From an uncultured Clostridia bacterium (GTDB taxonomy: Bacteria > Bacillota > Clostridia > TANB77 > CAG-508): DNA of 64,000 bases. Below are positions 40,500-50,367 of this stretch, in pieces. The stretch spans positions 3,011-67,010 of the forward strand of contig CAKPBB010000005.1 in NCBI GenBank assembly GCA_934140005.1, in the 5' to 3' direction. The stretch's first letter is position 1. Each line of letters starts with the position of its first letter. The notes below the pieces were generated by a model. It saw nothing but the letters and a program-made list of their open reading frames with translations, ran no database searches and was not told the origin of the DNA. A program made the translations under genes and the position numbers.

Positions 40500-40576
40500 T
40501 TTTAGCAAATAGGCATTGATTATCTTCATGCCTATTTTTATTTATATAACAAAATCAATAACTGAAAGGATTTCTT

Positions 40577-41965
40577 ATGGTTTTTACAAGTATTAGTTTT
40601 CTATATTATTTTTTACCAATTGTGTTAATAACATATTTTATATTACCAAATAAATTTAAAAATTTTGTATTACTTGTATTTTCACTTATATTTTATTTTT
40701 GTGGTGAACCCAAATACATTCTACTAATGATTTTAGAAAGTATTATTGCTTACATTTCCGCTATACTTATAGAGAAAAAAAATAGCAAATTTTTATTTTT
40801 TTGTACAGTATTGATACATATCTTTTTATTAGGTATTTTCAAATACTCTAATTTTATACTTTCAAATATAAATAATTTATTTAATATAAATATCCCATAT
40901 CTAAATATTATATTACCTATTGGAATTTCTTTTTATACTTTTCAAATAATCAGTTATGAAGCTGATGTGTATGCAAAAAAAGTTAAGGCTCAAAAAAGTT
41001 TTATGAAATTAGCAACTTACATATTCTTATTTCCACAACTAATTGCTGGTCCTATTGTTCGTTACGAGACAATTGCAAACGAATTAGATAATAGAAAAAC
41101 ATCTATTGAAGACTTTGCTACTGGTGCAAATCGTTTTACAATAGGTTTATCCAAAAAAGTTATTATTGCAAATTCATTAGGAGAATTATGTAATATACTT
41201 TCTAGTTCAACTGAAAAAACTATTTTATTATATTGGATATTTGCAATTAGTTATATGTTACAAATTTATTTTGACTTTTCTGGATATTCTGATATAGCAA
41301 TCGGTCTAGGTAGAATCTTTGGATTTCATTTTCCAGAAAATTTCAATTATCCTTATACAGCAACAAGCATTACAGATTTTTGGAGAAAATGGCATATTTC
41401 ATTAAGTTCATGGTTTAGAGATTATGTCTATATTCCTTTAGGTGGAAATCGTAAAGGAATGAAAATTCAAATTAGAAATATTCTTATTGTTTGGACATTA
41501 ACTGGTATATGGCATGGTGCTAACTGGAATTTTGTTGTCTGGGGATTGATGTTTGGAATTATACTAATTATAGAAAAATTTATAATTGGTAAATATTTAG
41601 ATAAACTTCCTACAATAATTAAAAGATTATATACTTTGTTTATTGTTATGATAAGCTTCGTTATTTTTCAAGCTGAAAATTTAAAACAAGCTTTTTCATT
41701 GGTTAAAGGATTATTGGGATTAAATGAAAAGATTTTCTTTAATTCGTTCATTTTGTACTATTTAAAAGGTTATATATTTGTTTTGATTTTAGGAATAATA
41801 TTTGCCACACCAATTTTACAAAAAATTTGGATAAAATTACAAAATAGTAAATTAAATAAAATATTGAACTTTATTCAACCATTTTGTATGATAATACTAT
41901 TGCTACTTGTCACTACTTTTCTTGTTGATAATTCATACAATCCATTTTTATATTTTAGATTTTAG
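40577..41965 (+). CDS. MBOAT-family O-acyltransferase (AlgI/DltB-like)
   Basis: 462 aa, polytopic, with LPIGISFYTFQ, DFWRKWHISLSSWFRDYVYIPLGGNR and the catalytic His in WHGANW. Confidence 0.9.
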   Translation: MVFTSISFLYYFLPIVLITYFILPNKFKNFVLLVFSLIFYFCGEPKYILLMILESIIAYISAILIEKKNSKFLFFCTVLIHIFLLGIFKYSNFILSNINNLFNINIPYLNIILPIGISFYTFQIISYEADVYAKKVKAQKSFMKLATYIFLFPQLIAGPIVRYETIANELDNRKTSIEDFATGANRFTIGLSKKVIIANSLGELCNILSSSTEKTILLYWIFAISYMLQIYFDFSGYSDIAIGLGRIFGFHFPENFNYPYTATSITDFWRKWHISLSSWFRDYVYIPLGGNRKGMKIQIRNILIVWTLTGIWHGANWNFVVWGLMFGIILIIEKFIIGKYLDKLPTIIKRLYTLFIVMISFVIFQAENLKQAFSLVKGLLGLNEKIFFNSFILYYLKGYIFVLILGIIFATPILQKIWIKLQNSKLNKILNFIQPFCMIILLLLVTTFLVDNSYNPFLYFRF

Positions 41966-41974
41966 GAGTAATTT

Positions 41975-43057
41975 ATGAATAACAAACACAAAAATATTAT
42001 AACAACAGTATTATTTACTTTTTTCTTTTGTATAATGTTTATTTTTAATATTGTGAAAAGTGATGAAAAAGTTTCTATTTCAGAAAGAAGAAATTTAACA
42101 CAATTTCCTAGTTTTTCGTATAAAAGCCTATTTGATGGTACTTTTTTCAATAAATTTGATAGCTATGCAACAGACCAATTTGTAGAAAGAGAAAGTTTTA
42201 GAAAAGCTAAAGTCAATTTAGATTTAATGTTTAAACATAATTATCATGATATTTATGTTTATAATAAATATTTAGTAGAACAACTATATCCTTTTTCTGA
42301 AAAATCTTTACTAAATTTGACTACAAAAATTTCAAAGATAAAAGATTTATATTTAAAAGATAATAATATATATTTTTCTATTATTCCAGACAAGAATTAC
42401 TTTGTAAATAATGGAAATTTAAAAATTGATTATAGTCTGCTAGAGAAAAAAATGTGTGATAATCTATCTTTCGCAAATTATATAAATATTTTTGATAAAT
42501 TAAACTTATCTGATTATTATAAAACTGATAGTCATTGGAAAAGTGAAAATTTAGAAATTATTGCAAGTACTTTATTAAACTCAATGAACAATAATGAAGT
42601 AATCCCAAATAGTTATGCAAGTTCAGTTTCTGATTTCAAAGGTGTATATGCAAGTAGATTGCCTATAAAAACAGATTATGACGAAATTAAAATAATAAAC
42701 AATAATTATATTGAAAATGCAATTGTATTTAATCCAATAAAAAATGAATATTCTAAAATCTATAATTATAATAAATTAAAAAGTCTTGATAAATATGATA
42801 TCTACCTTTCTGGTGCTGAACCATTACTTACAATTACAAGCTCACTTGCATCTACTGAAAAAGAATTAATTATATTTCGTGATTCCTTTGGAAGTAGCTT
42901 AACACCATGGCTAATTTTAGCTTACAAAAATATCACATTAGTTGATACAAGATACATTTCACCAGTATTATTAAAAGACTATATAGATTTTGAAAACGCT
43001 GATATTTTATTCTTATATAGCTCAACTATTATCAATAATAGCTATACTTTAAAGTAA
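41975..43057 (+). CDS. DHHW-family extracytoplasmic protein (SGNH-like O-acetyltransferase partner)
   Basis: 360 aa with an N-terminal TM and YYKTDSHW (DHHW-type motif), directly downstream of the MBOAT gene. Confidence 0.7.
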   Translation: MNNKHKNIITTVLFTFFFCIMFIFNIVKSDEKVSISERRNLTQFPSFSYKSLFDGTFFNKFDSYATDQFVERESFRKAKVNLDLMFKHNYHDIYVYNKYLVEQLYPFSEKSLLNLTTKISKIKDLYLKDNNIYFSIIPDKNYFVNNGNLKIDYSLLEKKMCDNLSFANYINIFDKLNLSDYYKTDSHWKSENLEIIASTLLNSMNNNEVIPNSYASSVSDFKGVYASRLPIKTDYDEIKIINNNYIENAIVFNPIKNEYSKIYNYNKLKSLDKYDIYLSGAEPLLTITSSLASTEKELIIFRDSFGSSLTPWLILAYKNITLVDTRYISPVLLKDYIDFENADILFLYSSTIINNSYTLK

Positions 43058-43077
43058 AAGTTCTAGCTATTACAATT

Positions 43078-43105
43078 TAAAGATGGAATTTAATTTCCAT
43101 CTTTA
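43078..43105. terminator. bidirectional hairpin between convergent DHHW and folC genes
   Basis: AGATGGAA / TTCCATCT stem (43081..43102) overlapping the folC stop codon, with a T-run after it on the plus strand. Confidence 0.5.
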
Positions 43106-44382
43106 TTCTTCTTTATTAGATTTACAACATCTCCATATACATAAAAACTACCAATTACAAAATAAACAGTATCATCTTTTTGTTGCATACTATTTGCTAT
43201 TGCTTCATCTAATTCATATTTATAAATTCTATTTTTTTCTATATTTTCACTCATACAATTATATAATTCTTCTTTTGTTGTATATCTTTCTACATCATTG
43301 CCAGAAGTCATAATAAATATTGCTTCTCTATCTTTTGATAATAATTCTAGCATCTTTTTATAGTCTTTTCTATTTAATATAGATACTATATAAACTCTTT
43401 TTCTATTTGAATAATACATATTTATTGTATCTAGTAAATTTATTATTGCAGGCTCATTATGTGCACCATCAAAAATAATTTCTGGATTACTATTTAATTT
43501 TTCTAATCTTCCCTTATGAATTACTGTACTTAATCCTTCTAATATACTAGTATCAGTTATTTTATATCCATAGTTTCTTATAATCTTAATTGCTTCAATA
43601 CAAATACTTGCATTTTTTATTTGTGCTCTTCCTTTTAAATTTATTTTTATGTCTTTCATATCCTTATAATTAAAATATTGAAAATTTTCATCAAATCTAT
43701 AGCTAGATATGTCATTATTACTTATAATATGAAGTTTATTATTTTTACTATTACATGTTCTAATAAATACATCATTCACATCTTTTTCTTGTTCAAATAT
43801 TACCGTTTGTGAATCATCTTTAATTATACCTGCTTTTTGTACTGCAATTTCAGGCAATGTTTTCCCTAAAATATTAAGATGGTCATAACCTATTGATGTA
43901 ATTATTGAAACTAGTGGTTTACTTATAATATTAGTACAATCATATAATCCACCTAATCCTGTTTCTAAAACAACAAAATCTACATTATTTCTGTAAAAAT
44001 ACAATAAAGCCATTGTTGTTTCTAATTCAAATAGTGTAATATCAACCTCTTCTATTTTATTATATTCTTCAATTAGTGGTTGTAACTCTTTAATTATATT
44101 TGCCATTTCTTCATCTGAAATTTCTACACCATTTATGCTTATTCTTTCATTATATCTTACCAAGTGTGGTGATAAAAATTTTCCAACTTTATAGCCTTGC
44201 TTTTCCAAAATATTAGCCATCATTTCTGTACAACTACCTTTTCCATTTGTTCCAGCAATATGGATAAATTTCATTTGTTGTTCAAAGTTATTAAATTTTT
44301 TCATAAAAAATTCCATAGCTTTTAATGATGGATTCTTTGTACCTTTAAAAAAATTATTTAAATATTCATCTATATTTAGCAT
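43090..44382 (-). CDS. folC: folylpolyglutamate synthase/dihydrofolate synthase
   Basis: 430 aa with HIAGTNGKGS (P-loop of the Mur ligase family) and DGAHNEPA. Confidence 0.85.
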   Translation of the reverse strand: MLNIDEYLNNFFKGTKNPSLKAMEFFMKKFNNFEQQMKFIHIAGTNGKGSCTEMMANILEKQGYKVGKFLSPHLVRYNERISINGVEISDEEMANIIKELQPLIEEYNKIEEVDITLFELETTMALLYFYRNNVDFVVLETGLGGLYDCTNIISKPLVSIITSIGYDHLNILGKTLPEIAVQKAGIIKDDSQTVIFEQEKDVNDVFIRTCNSKNNKLHIISNNDISSYRFDENFQYFNYKDMKDIKINLKGRAQIKNASICIEAIKIIRNYGYKITDTSILEGLSTVIHKGRLEKLNSNPEIIFDGAHNEPAIINLLDTINMYYSNRKRVYIVSILNRKDYKKMLELLSKDREAIFIMTSGNDVERYTTKEELYNCMSENIEKNRIYKYELDEAIANSMQQKDDTVYFVIGSFYVYGDVVNLIKKNKDGN

Positions 44383-44407
44383 TATTCTCTTCCTTAAACA
44401 TTTTATA

Positions 44408-45272
44408 TTAAATTTTAAAATATTCTTTGATTTCTTTTATAAAATCATTTAATTCCTTAAATTTATTTGAGTTTGTAAAATATCCAAATTCAATTTCTTC
44501 CAACTTAGGCTGTATATTTACTTCAACCAAATTTAGTCTTTCTAGTTCTTCACTTTTTACATATTCTTTTGTTATCACACCTAAAGCTTGTCCTGAACTA
44601 GCGCATTCTAATATAGTTTTATAGCTACTATTCTTAAAGTTTATTTTAATTTCACTTGTTAATCGTTTTATATTTTCTACTGTTTGTGCATAGCTCCTTG
44701 GCACATACATAATTTGATTTTCTAATTCTTCAAGCTGTACTGTTCTTGTTGCAAATTCTGAATTTTTACTTACTATAATGATATCATGTAAATAACCAAT
44801 TTTATTATATTTTATTTCTTTATACACATTTGTATCATACTTTTTAGAAAATACAATATCCAATTCTCCGTTCTTTTAGCATTTGCATCATCTTTGACGT
44901 TTCTTCACATACTAAATTCAAATTGATGTTTGGATGTTTTAGTGAATAATGATTTATAATATCTCCAAAAACACAACTTCCTAAATGATTATGTGTACCT
45001 ATATTTATAACTTTTTCAATGCCAAATTGTTCATCAATTTTATTCAGTTCACTAATTGGCAATTTTACTTTATTATATAGTTCTTTTCCTATTTCTGTTA
45101 ATTCTAATCCCTTACTTTTTCTTATAAATAATTTTAATGATAACTGATTTTCTAAATTCTTTATATATTTTGTAACAGCTGGTTGTGAAATATTTAGTCT
45201 TTCACTTGCTTTAGTTATACTTTCTTCTTCAGCTACAACTACAAAGATTCTATATAGTTCAAAATCTATCAT
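44408..45272 (-). pseudogene. LysR-family transcriptional regulator, frame broken at an A4 run (plus-strand T4 at 44874..44877)
   Basis: The HTH half (MIDFELYRIFVVVAEEESITKASERLNISQPAVTKYIKNLE..) ends ..MQMLKERRIGYCIF*. The effector half continues in another frame from ..KNGELDIVFSKKYD. Removing one A restores MLKNGELDIVFS. Confidence 0.75.
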
Positions 45273-45313
45273 ATTTTGATTCTCCCAACTCAAATTTCTT
45301 TTATCCTTATATC

Positions 45314-45346
45314 ACAAAAGCCTGAAATATTCAACATATTTCAGAC
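45314..45346 (-). terminator. intrinsic terminator after the MoaA-like radical SAM gene
   Basis: Stem CTGAAATAT / ATATTTCAG (45322..45344) followed on the minus strand by GCTTTTGTG. Confidence 0.6.
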
Positions 45347-45408
45347 TTCTGTGCTTAAATTCAATAAAATATTAAATTATACATTATAGTTACTTTCGTT
45401 TTCCAACT

Positions 45409-46395
45409 CTAAACAAGTTTAAGTAAACAACTAAAAGCCTCCTTTATCTCCTCTTCTTCACAATCTTCTAAAGAAAAATAAAGATTTTCATTCTTGCAGC
45501 CTGACAAATGCAAGGTTAAATTTGAAGACAAAAGTAAGCTAAACACTCCTTCTTGACATTCTCCTAGCCTGTAATACTTACAGGTTCTTTTACAAAATTC
45601 TGTATATCTTGTACCTCTACTCGAATCTTTTACCTGAACCCAATTATCACCACGAAAATAGACACTCATTGGAATTCCATTTCCTTTTCCAATCAAGCCT
45701 GTTGTCCATTCACTCTGTGAGTCATTGGCAATAGCACTTAAAAATTCAGAAAAGTCACTCATTGGTGTATATAGCTTAGACCAAAATTCAGTAGCTTCAT
45801 TGCCACACAAATTTTTACCATTTCCAAAATATTCTGTATATAAGTTTAAGTCTAACAATTTTACATTTATATGTAATTCATCAATTGCTTTCAATACCAA
45901 CTTTCTTATTTCTTTTTCATTTATTCTAGTAACAACAATATTATATCTCACAGATATTCCATTTTCTTTTAATGCTCTAGTTATATTTATTACATCTTCT
46001 GAAAGATACTTTGGAAAATGCTGTCCATTCAGAAATTGAGAGATACTATCAACACTAAAAACAATGTCTAATCGTTCTCTATATTTTGTTAACACATCAG
46101 TATATTTTAAAATATCAAAGCCATTAGTATTCACTCTAACTTTTGTTCCATCAAACTTCATGATATATTCAATCAGTTCTCCAAAATAAGAAACTATAGT
46201 TGGTTCACCACCAGTAATTCTAAAATTTTTAATTCCGATTTCGTATCCAATTTTTATTATGTTTTTTAATCTATCAAACGGTATTGTCCGTTGTTCTTTC
46301 GTTATACTCTCTCCTCCTTCTTTGCAATAAAAACATTTGTAGTTACAGTAAGTAGTTAATGCGATTGCCAAATAAGTATTTACCTGCTTTTTCAT
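45409..46395 (-). CDS. MoaA-like radical SAM enzyme with a C-terminal Cys cluster
   Basis: 328 aa with CNYKCFYC (CxxxCxxC), ITGGEPT, NTNG and VKLLDLNLYTEY (compare MoaA rfIE.MP). C-terminal FCKRTCKYYRLGEC...SGC. Confidence 0.8.
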   Translation of the reverse strand: MKKQVNTYLAIALTTYCNYKCFYCKEGGESITKEQRTIPFDRLKNIIKIGYEIGIKNFRITGGEPTIVSYFGELIEYIMKFDGTKVRVNTNGFDILKYTDVLTKYRERLDIVFSVDSISQFLNGQHFPKYLSEDVINITRALKENGISVRYNIVVTRINEKEIRKLVLKAIDELHINVKLLDLNLYTEYFGNGKNLCGNEATEFWSKLYTPMSDFSEFLSAIANDSQSEWTTGLIGKGNGIPMSVYFRGDNWVQVKDSSRGTRYTEFCKRTCKYYRLGECQEGVFSLLLSSNLTLHLSGCKNENLYFSLEDCEEEEIKEAFSCLLKLV

Positions 46396-46514
46396 AAGAT
46401 TTCCTCCCGATAATTATCAGCATCAGTTTCGACTCTAACGATAATATTATTTTAATACAAATATATTATTTTTTGAAATACATATATATTATTCAGGCAT
46501 AACTAAATGGAATA

Positions 46515-47075
46515 TCATATATTTTTATTTTTGATAGAATTGTCACAAAATTCCTCTGCAAGTATATCCATTTCAATACTATCATAATATTTTCCATTTA
46601 TATATTTGCATTTTCTTCTTCTTCCATATTCCTTAAAACCACATTTTTGATAGCATTTCAAAGCTCTTTCATTAAAACTCATCAAATTAAGTTTTATATT
46701 ATTTAAATTCAAGTAATTAAATCCATAGTCTAATATCATTTTTATAGCTTCAGTTCCATATCCTTTATTTCTATATTCTTTATCACCAATAAAAATTCCT
46801 AATGTTGCTGTTCTATTTATAAAATCATGTTCTTCTAAACTGACAGTACCTATTAACTTATCATTTTCTAATGTTACGATAAAGAAACCATAATTTTTAT
46901 TCATATTATCCTCAAAATATTTCTTCTCGCTTTCCAATGTTGTTATATATGCACTTCTGCCAATATAATCTGTTGTTTCAAAATCATTTAACCATTCAGT
47001 AAATTTTTCTACATCATCACCATTACGTGGTGATAAATAAATTCTTTCACCTATCAACTTCTTAAAATATTTCAT
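46515..47075 (-). CDS. RimJ/RimL-type GNAT N-acetyltransferase
   Basis: ORF trimmed to MKYFKKLIGERIYLSP, with AGGAG 9 nt upstream. NKGYGTEAIKMILDYGF..N.RALKCYQKCGFKEYG is typical of the Acetyltransf_3 family. Confidence 0.8.
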   Translation of the reverse strand: MKYFKKLIGERIYLSPRNGDDVEKFTEWLNDFETTDYIGRSAYITTLESEKKYFEDNMNKNYGFFIVTLENDKLIGTVSLEEHDFINRTATLGIFIGDKEYRNKGYGTEAIKMILDYGFNYLNLNNIKLNLMSFNERALKCYQKCGFKEYGRRRKCKYINGKYYDSIEMDILAEEFCDNSIKNKNI

Positions 47076-47104
47076 TACAATCAACTCCTGTTATTTTTAT
47101 AGAA

Positions 47105-48034
47105 CTATTTTTCACTAGATATTTTATTTTGCACTAATTGTCCACATCCAATTTCTTCATTAGATATATTACCAAAAGAATAACATTCAAATCCATTATC
47201 TTTTAATTTCTTCTCAATTTCTCTTAATCTATCAAATGTTGGAGATACATATCCATATTTTTCTGCTTGTTTTGTATAATTTAAAAATGATATTCTTACT
47301 TCTATTTTATTCTTAACAGGTGATAAAATCTTTATAAATTCCTCTACCTGTTCATCACTATCATTAATTCCACACATTCCAAGCATATTTACTTTTACTC
47401 TACACTTGTTATATTTAGCATTTTCTTTATATTTTATTGCTTCTAGTACATTATTATAAAAAGAGTAATTTAATGGAAGATTCTTTACAATTTTCTTTAG
47501 CTCTGTACTATTTGAAGAATAAAAAGGTAATTGTAATGTTTTAATTCTTAAATTTAAATTTTCCCAATATTCAAAGCATTTAGGATCATATCCAAATGTT
47601 CCAATTATAAAAGTCACATGAGAATATTTTTCTTGAACTTCACTCATAAATTGTCCTGTTTGTCTATAAACAATTGATGGCTCACCAATACCAGTAAAAC
47701 TTATACAAAACTTTTCATAATCATTTGGATCAATATTATTATCACCAAGCATAATATTAACCTGTTCCCAAAAATCTTCTGATTTTAACATATATGGTGC
47801 TTTTTCTAATGCACCAGAAGCACAAAATTGACAACCAACTGGACAATTGTACATATTGCTTAGTTCTAAAAGAAATTCAACAACCGTACCATCTTTTATG
47901 TGCCATATTACCATTGCTTCAATTATACGATTATTTTCATCACTTAATAAATATCTAATTATTTTCTGATAATTCCAATTTCTCGAATTAAAAGGATGTT
48001 CTTTTTCAATTTTTTCAACTATTTTTAAATTCAT
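47105..48034 (-). CDS. RlmN/Cfr-superfamily radical SAM enzyme (short, divergent)
   Basis: 309 aa with CPVGCQFCASG, ISFTGIGEPS, GINDSDEQVEEF and C-terminal IGCGQL (compare RlmN AACGQL). No N-terminal HhH-like domain. Confidence 0.7.
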   Translation of the reverse strand: MNLKIVEKIEKEHPFNSRNWNYQKIIRYLLSDENNRIIEAMVIWHIKDGTVVEFLLELSNMYNCPVGCQFCASGALEKAPYMLKSEDFWEQVNIMLGDNNIDPNDYEKFCISFTGIGEPSIVYRQTGQFMSEVQEKYSHVTFIIGTFGYDPKCFEYWENLNLRIKTLQLPFYSSNSTELKKIVKNLPLNYSFYNNVLEAIKYKENAKYNKCRVKVNMLGMCGINDSDEQVEEFIKILSPVKNKIEVRISFLNYTKQAEKYGYVSPTFDRLREIEKKLKDNGFECYSFGNISNEEIGCGQLVQNKISSEK

Positions 48035-48039
48035 ATCAC

Positions 48040-48666
48040 TTACTCCTCGATTACATTATTTTGTAGTTTTTCAACATTTGATTCTATTGATAATAAATAT
48101 GGAATATCACTTGCTAATTCTACTCCATCTAATTCTCTTATAGAAGAATCTAATGGCATTATCTTTTGCTCATATAATTTTTGATTTATCAATTCACTAA
48201 AATCATTCACTCTATCAGCAACATAATTTTCAAAATAATATAAAGTCCACACATTCTTTGATTTAGAATATTTTAATTCAAAAATTGGAAGTAATTCCGT
48301 ACTTATATTAACATCTCTTAAATTAAAAGTCCTTTTATATTCATCAATTAAAATTTGCTTTCTTATATTCTTTGTATTCCCCTTTTCATCTTCATATATC
48401 TTTTTATAAACTTTTTGATATTCTTCAATCAATTCCCTATAGGTTATATTTTCTTTATTAAAGTTGTATTCATCTATTGTAAATTTATGGTTTAATTCGA
48501 AAAAAGAATATAAGCAATTCCAAGTATTTGGATTTGTATTATATACGATAATTCCATTTTTATCATTATAACTAACATTGGTATATAAATTCATGGCACT
48601 GTCTAATCTAGTAGGCATCATTTCTTTAGGTACTTGATCATCTAAAATATTCTTAGTAATAATCAT
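48040..48666 (-). CDS. hypothetical protein (208 aa), first gene of the radical SAM operon
   Basis: ORF trimmed to MIITKNILDD, with AGGAGG 6 nt upstream. Only 5 nt separate it from the next gene. No motif recognised. Confidence 0.6.
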   Translation of the reverse strand: MIITKNILDDQVPKEMMPTRLDSAMNLYTNVSYNDKNGIIVYNTNPNTWNCLYSFFELNHKFTIDEYNFNKENITYRELIEEYQKVYKKIYEDEKGNTKNIRKQILIDEYKRTFNLRDVNISTELLPIFELKYSKSKNVWTLYYFENYVADRVNDFSELINQKLYEQKIMPLDSSIRELDGVELASDIPYLLSIESNVEKLQNNVIEE

Positions 48667-48825
48667 AAATCTCCTCCTTATTTTTTGCATACAACTATCT
48701 CAAAAATACAAAACTATTATACATTAAAATGCAATTTCTTTCTATATCTAATTGAAAATATATATTAAAATGATATAATGAACTTACTAAAAATGTTTAA
48801 TATAAAATTAATGGAGGGAATTTTT

Positions 48826-49332
48826 ATGAATTTAGTTTATAAGAAAATAGAAGAAAAAGATAAGAAACAATTATTTAATCTTATTGATGTTGTTTTAAAA
48901 GGATTGCCTGATCCAGCACATTTTATTCCATACGAACAATGGGAATTAGATAGTATGTTTGATGATGTAAATTATGCTCCTTTATATGGTGCTTATGATG
49001 GCGAAAACCTTGTCGGAATGGCACAACTATATATTTCACAAGAGATGTTAGCAGATTTTAAAGATGAATTTGATTTAACAAATTTTAAAGTTTGCGAATT
49101 AGGTGGCAATTTAGTTCTACCTGAATATAGAGGAAATGGAATTACTACTAAATTACAAACTATTGAATTACAATTAGCAAAAGATTTAGGATTTGACTAC
49201 ATAATATCTATGGCTCATCCAGATAATATTGGAAGTTGTAAAACTCTTGAAAAAGTTGGCTTAAAATTTGTAAAAGAAACCACCCTATCAAATGGATTTT
49301 TAAGAAAATTGTATATGTTAAAATTAAAATAA
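48826..49332 (+). CDS. GNAT-family N-acetyltransferase
   Basis: ORF trimmed to MNLVYKKIEEKD, with GGAGGG 7 nt upstream. Motif A VLPEYRGNGITTKL. Confidence 0.75.
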   Translation: MNLVYKKIEEKDKKQLFNLIDVVLKGLPDPAHFIPYEQWELDSMFDDVNYAPLYGAYDGENLVGMAQLYISQEMLADFKDEFDLTNFKVCELGGNLVLPEYRGNGITTKLQTIELQLAKDLGFDYIISMAHPDNIGSCKTLEKVGLKFVKETTLSNGFLRKLYMLKLK

Positions 49333-49372
49333 TTTAAATAGTATTCTAAACTTGGTGATAGGAGGATACAAT

Positions 49373-50308
49373 TTGATTAATTCACAAGACATAATAAACA
49401 ATATAAATATGTTGTCACAAACTATACCGAATCTAAATATTGATAGTATTTTTATTGAACAAAATGGAAAAATTGAAAAGATTTTCTATAAAGAAGAGCA
49501 ATTACATGAATTAAGAAGTTGTGCTAAATTATTAGTTGCTATGGCTATTGGTATCGCAATTGATAAAAAATTATCAATTGAAGGTGAAGTATTAACTTTA
49601 AATACTAAAATTTTTCCAATAATTAAAGATATCATAAACATAACAAATAAAAACAATATTGAAAAAATTAACAAATGGACAATAAAAAACTTACTCACTC
49701 ATACTACTGGTTATGAATCACAAATGATGTCTGAAAGATTTATACAAGGCATTGATAAAGATAAATTATTAGATTATGCTTTAAATTATGATATTCCTTA
49801 TAAAGTAGGAATTAGATTTGCATATAACAATTTAGAGCCATTTATATTATCAGTCTTCTTTCAAGAAGCATTTAATCAAAATTTAGCAGATTTTATCAAT
49901 GAAAATATATTTAAAAAACTTAATATTTTAGATTATAAATGGGAAAACTATGAAAAATATTGTCCAGGAGCTACTGGATTATACCTTAAACCTTCTGATT
50001 TTCATAAAATAGGTCAATTATTACTAAATGAAGGAAAATATAATAACAATCAAATTATTTCAAGTAGCTGGATAAAAGAAATGTGCTCTATAAAATTAGA
50101 AACACCATCTGCTTACAAGCCTGAAAGAGTTCTACCTAAAATTGGAATAGGATATTTTACTTTTATATCACGAGATGGTTATATTTTTAGGGATGGTTCC
50201 AATGGACAATATATCATTCTAAATAAAGATAAAAATTTATTGATAACTATAATGTCAACAGAAAAAGATATGAAGAATGTCACTGAAATATTGAGAAATT
50301 TAATATAA
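49373..50308 (+). CDS. serine hydrolase of the beta-lactamase/PBP-like (class C type) family
   Basis: TTG start with AGGAGGA 6 nt upstream. SxxK as SCAK and YxN as YNN. Confidence 0.65.
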   Translation: MINSQDIINNINMLSQTIPNLNIDSIFIEQNGKIEKIFYKEEQLHELRSCAKLLVAMAIGIAIDKKLSIEGEVLTLNTKIFPIIKDIINITNKNNIEKINKWTIKNLLTHTTGYESQMMSERFIQGIDKDKLLDYALNYDIPYKVGIRFAYNNLEPFILSVFFQEAFNQNLADFINENIFKKLNILDYKWENYEKYCPGATGLYLKPSDFHKIGQLLLNEGKYNNNQIISSSWIKEMCSIKLETPSAYKPERVLPKIGIGYFTFISRDGYIFRDGSNGQYIILNKDKNLLITIMSTEKDMKNVTEILRNLI

Positions 50309-50367
50309 AAAAGACCGCTGAACAAAATATTTTTACATACTTTGTCAACAGTCTGAAAAGAACGGGA

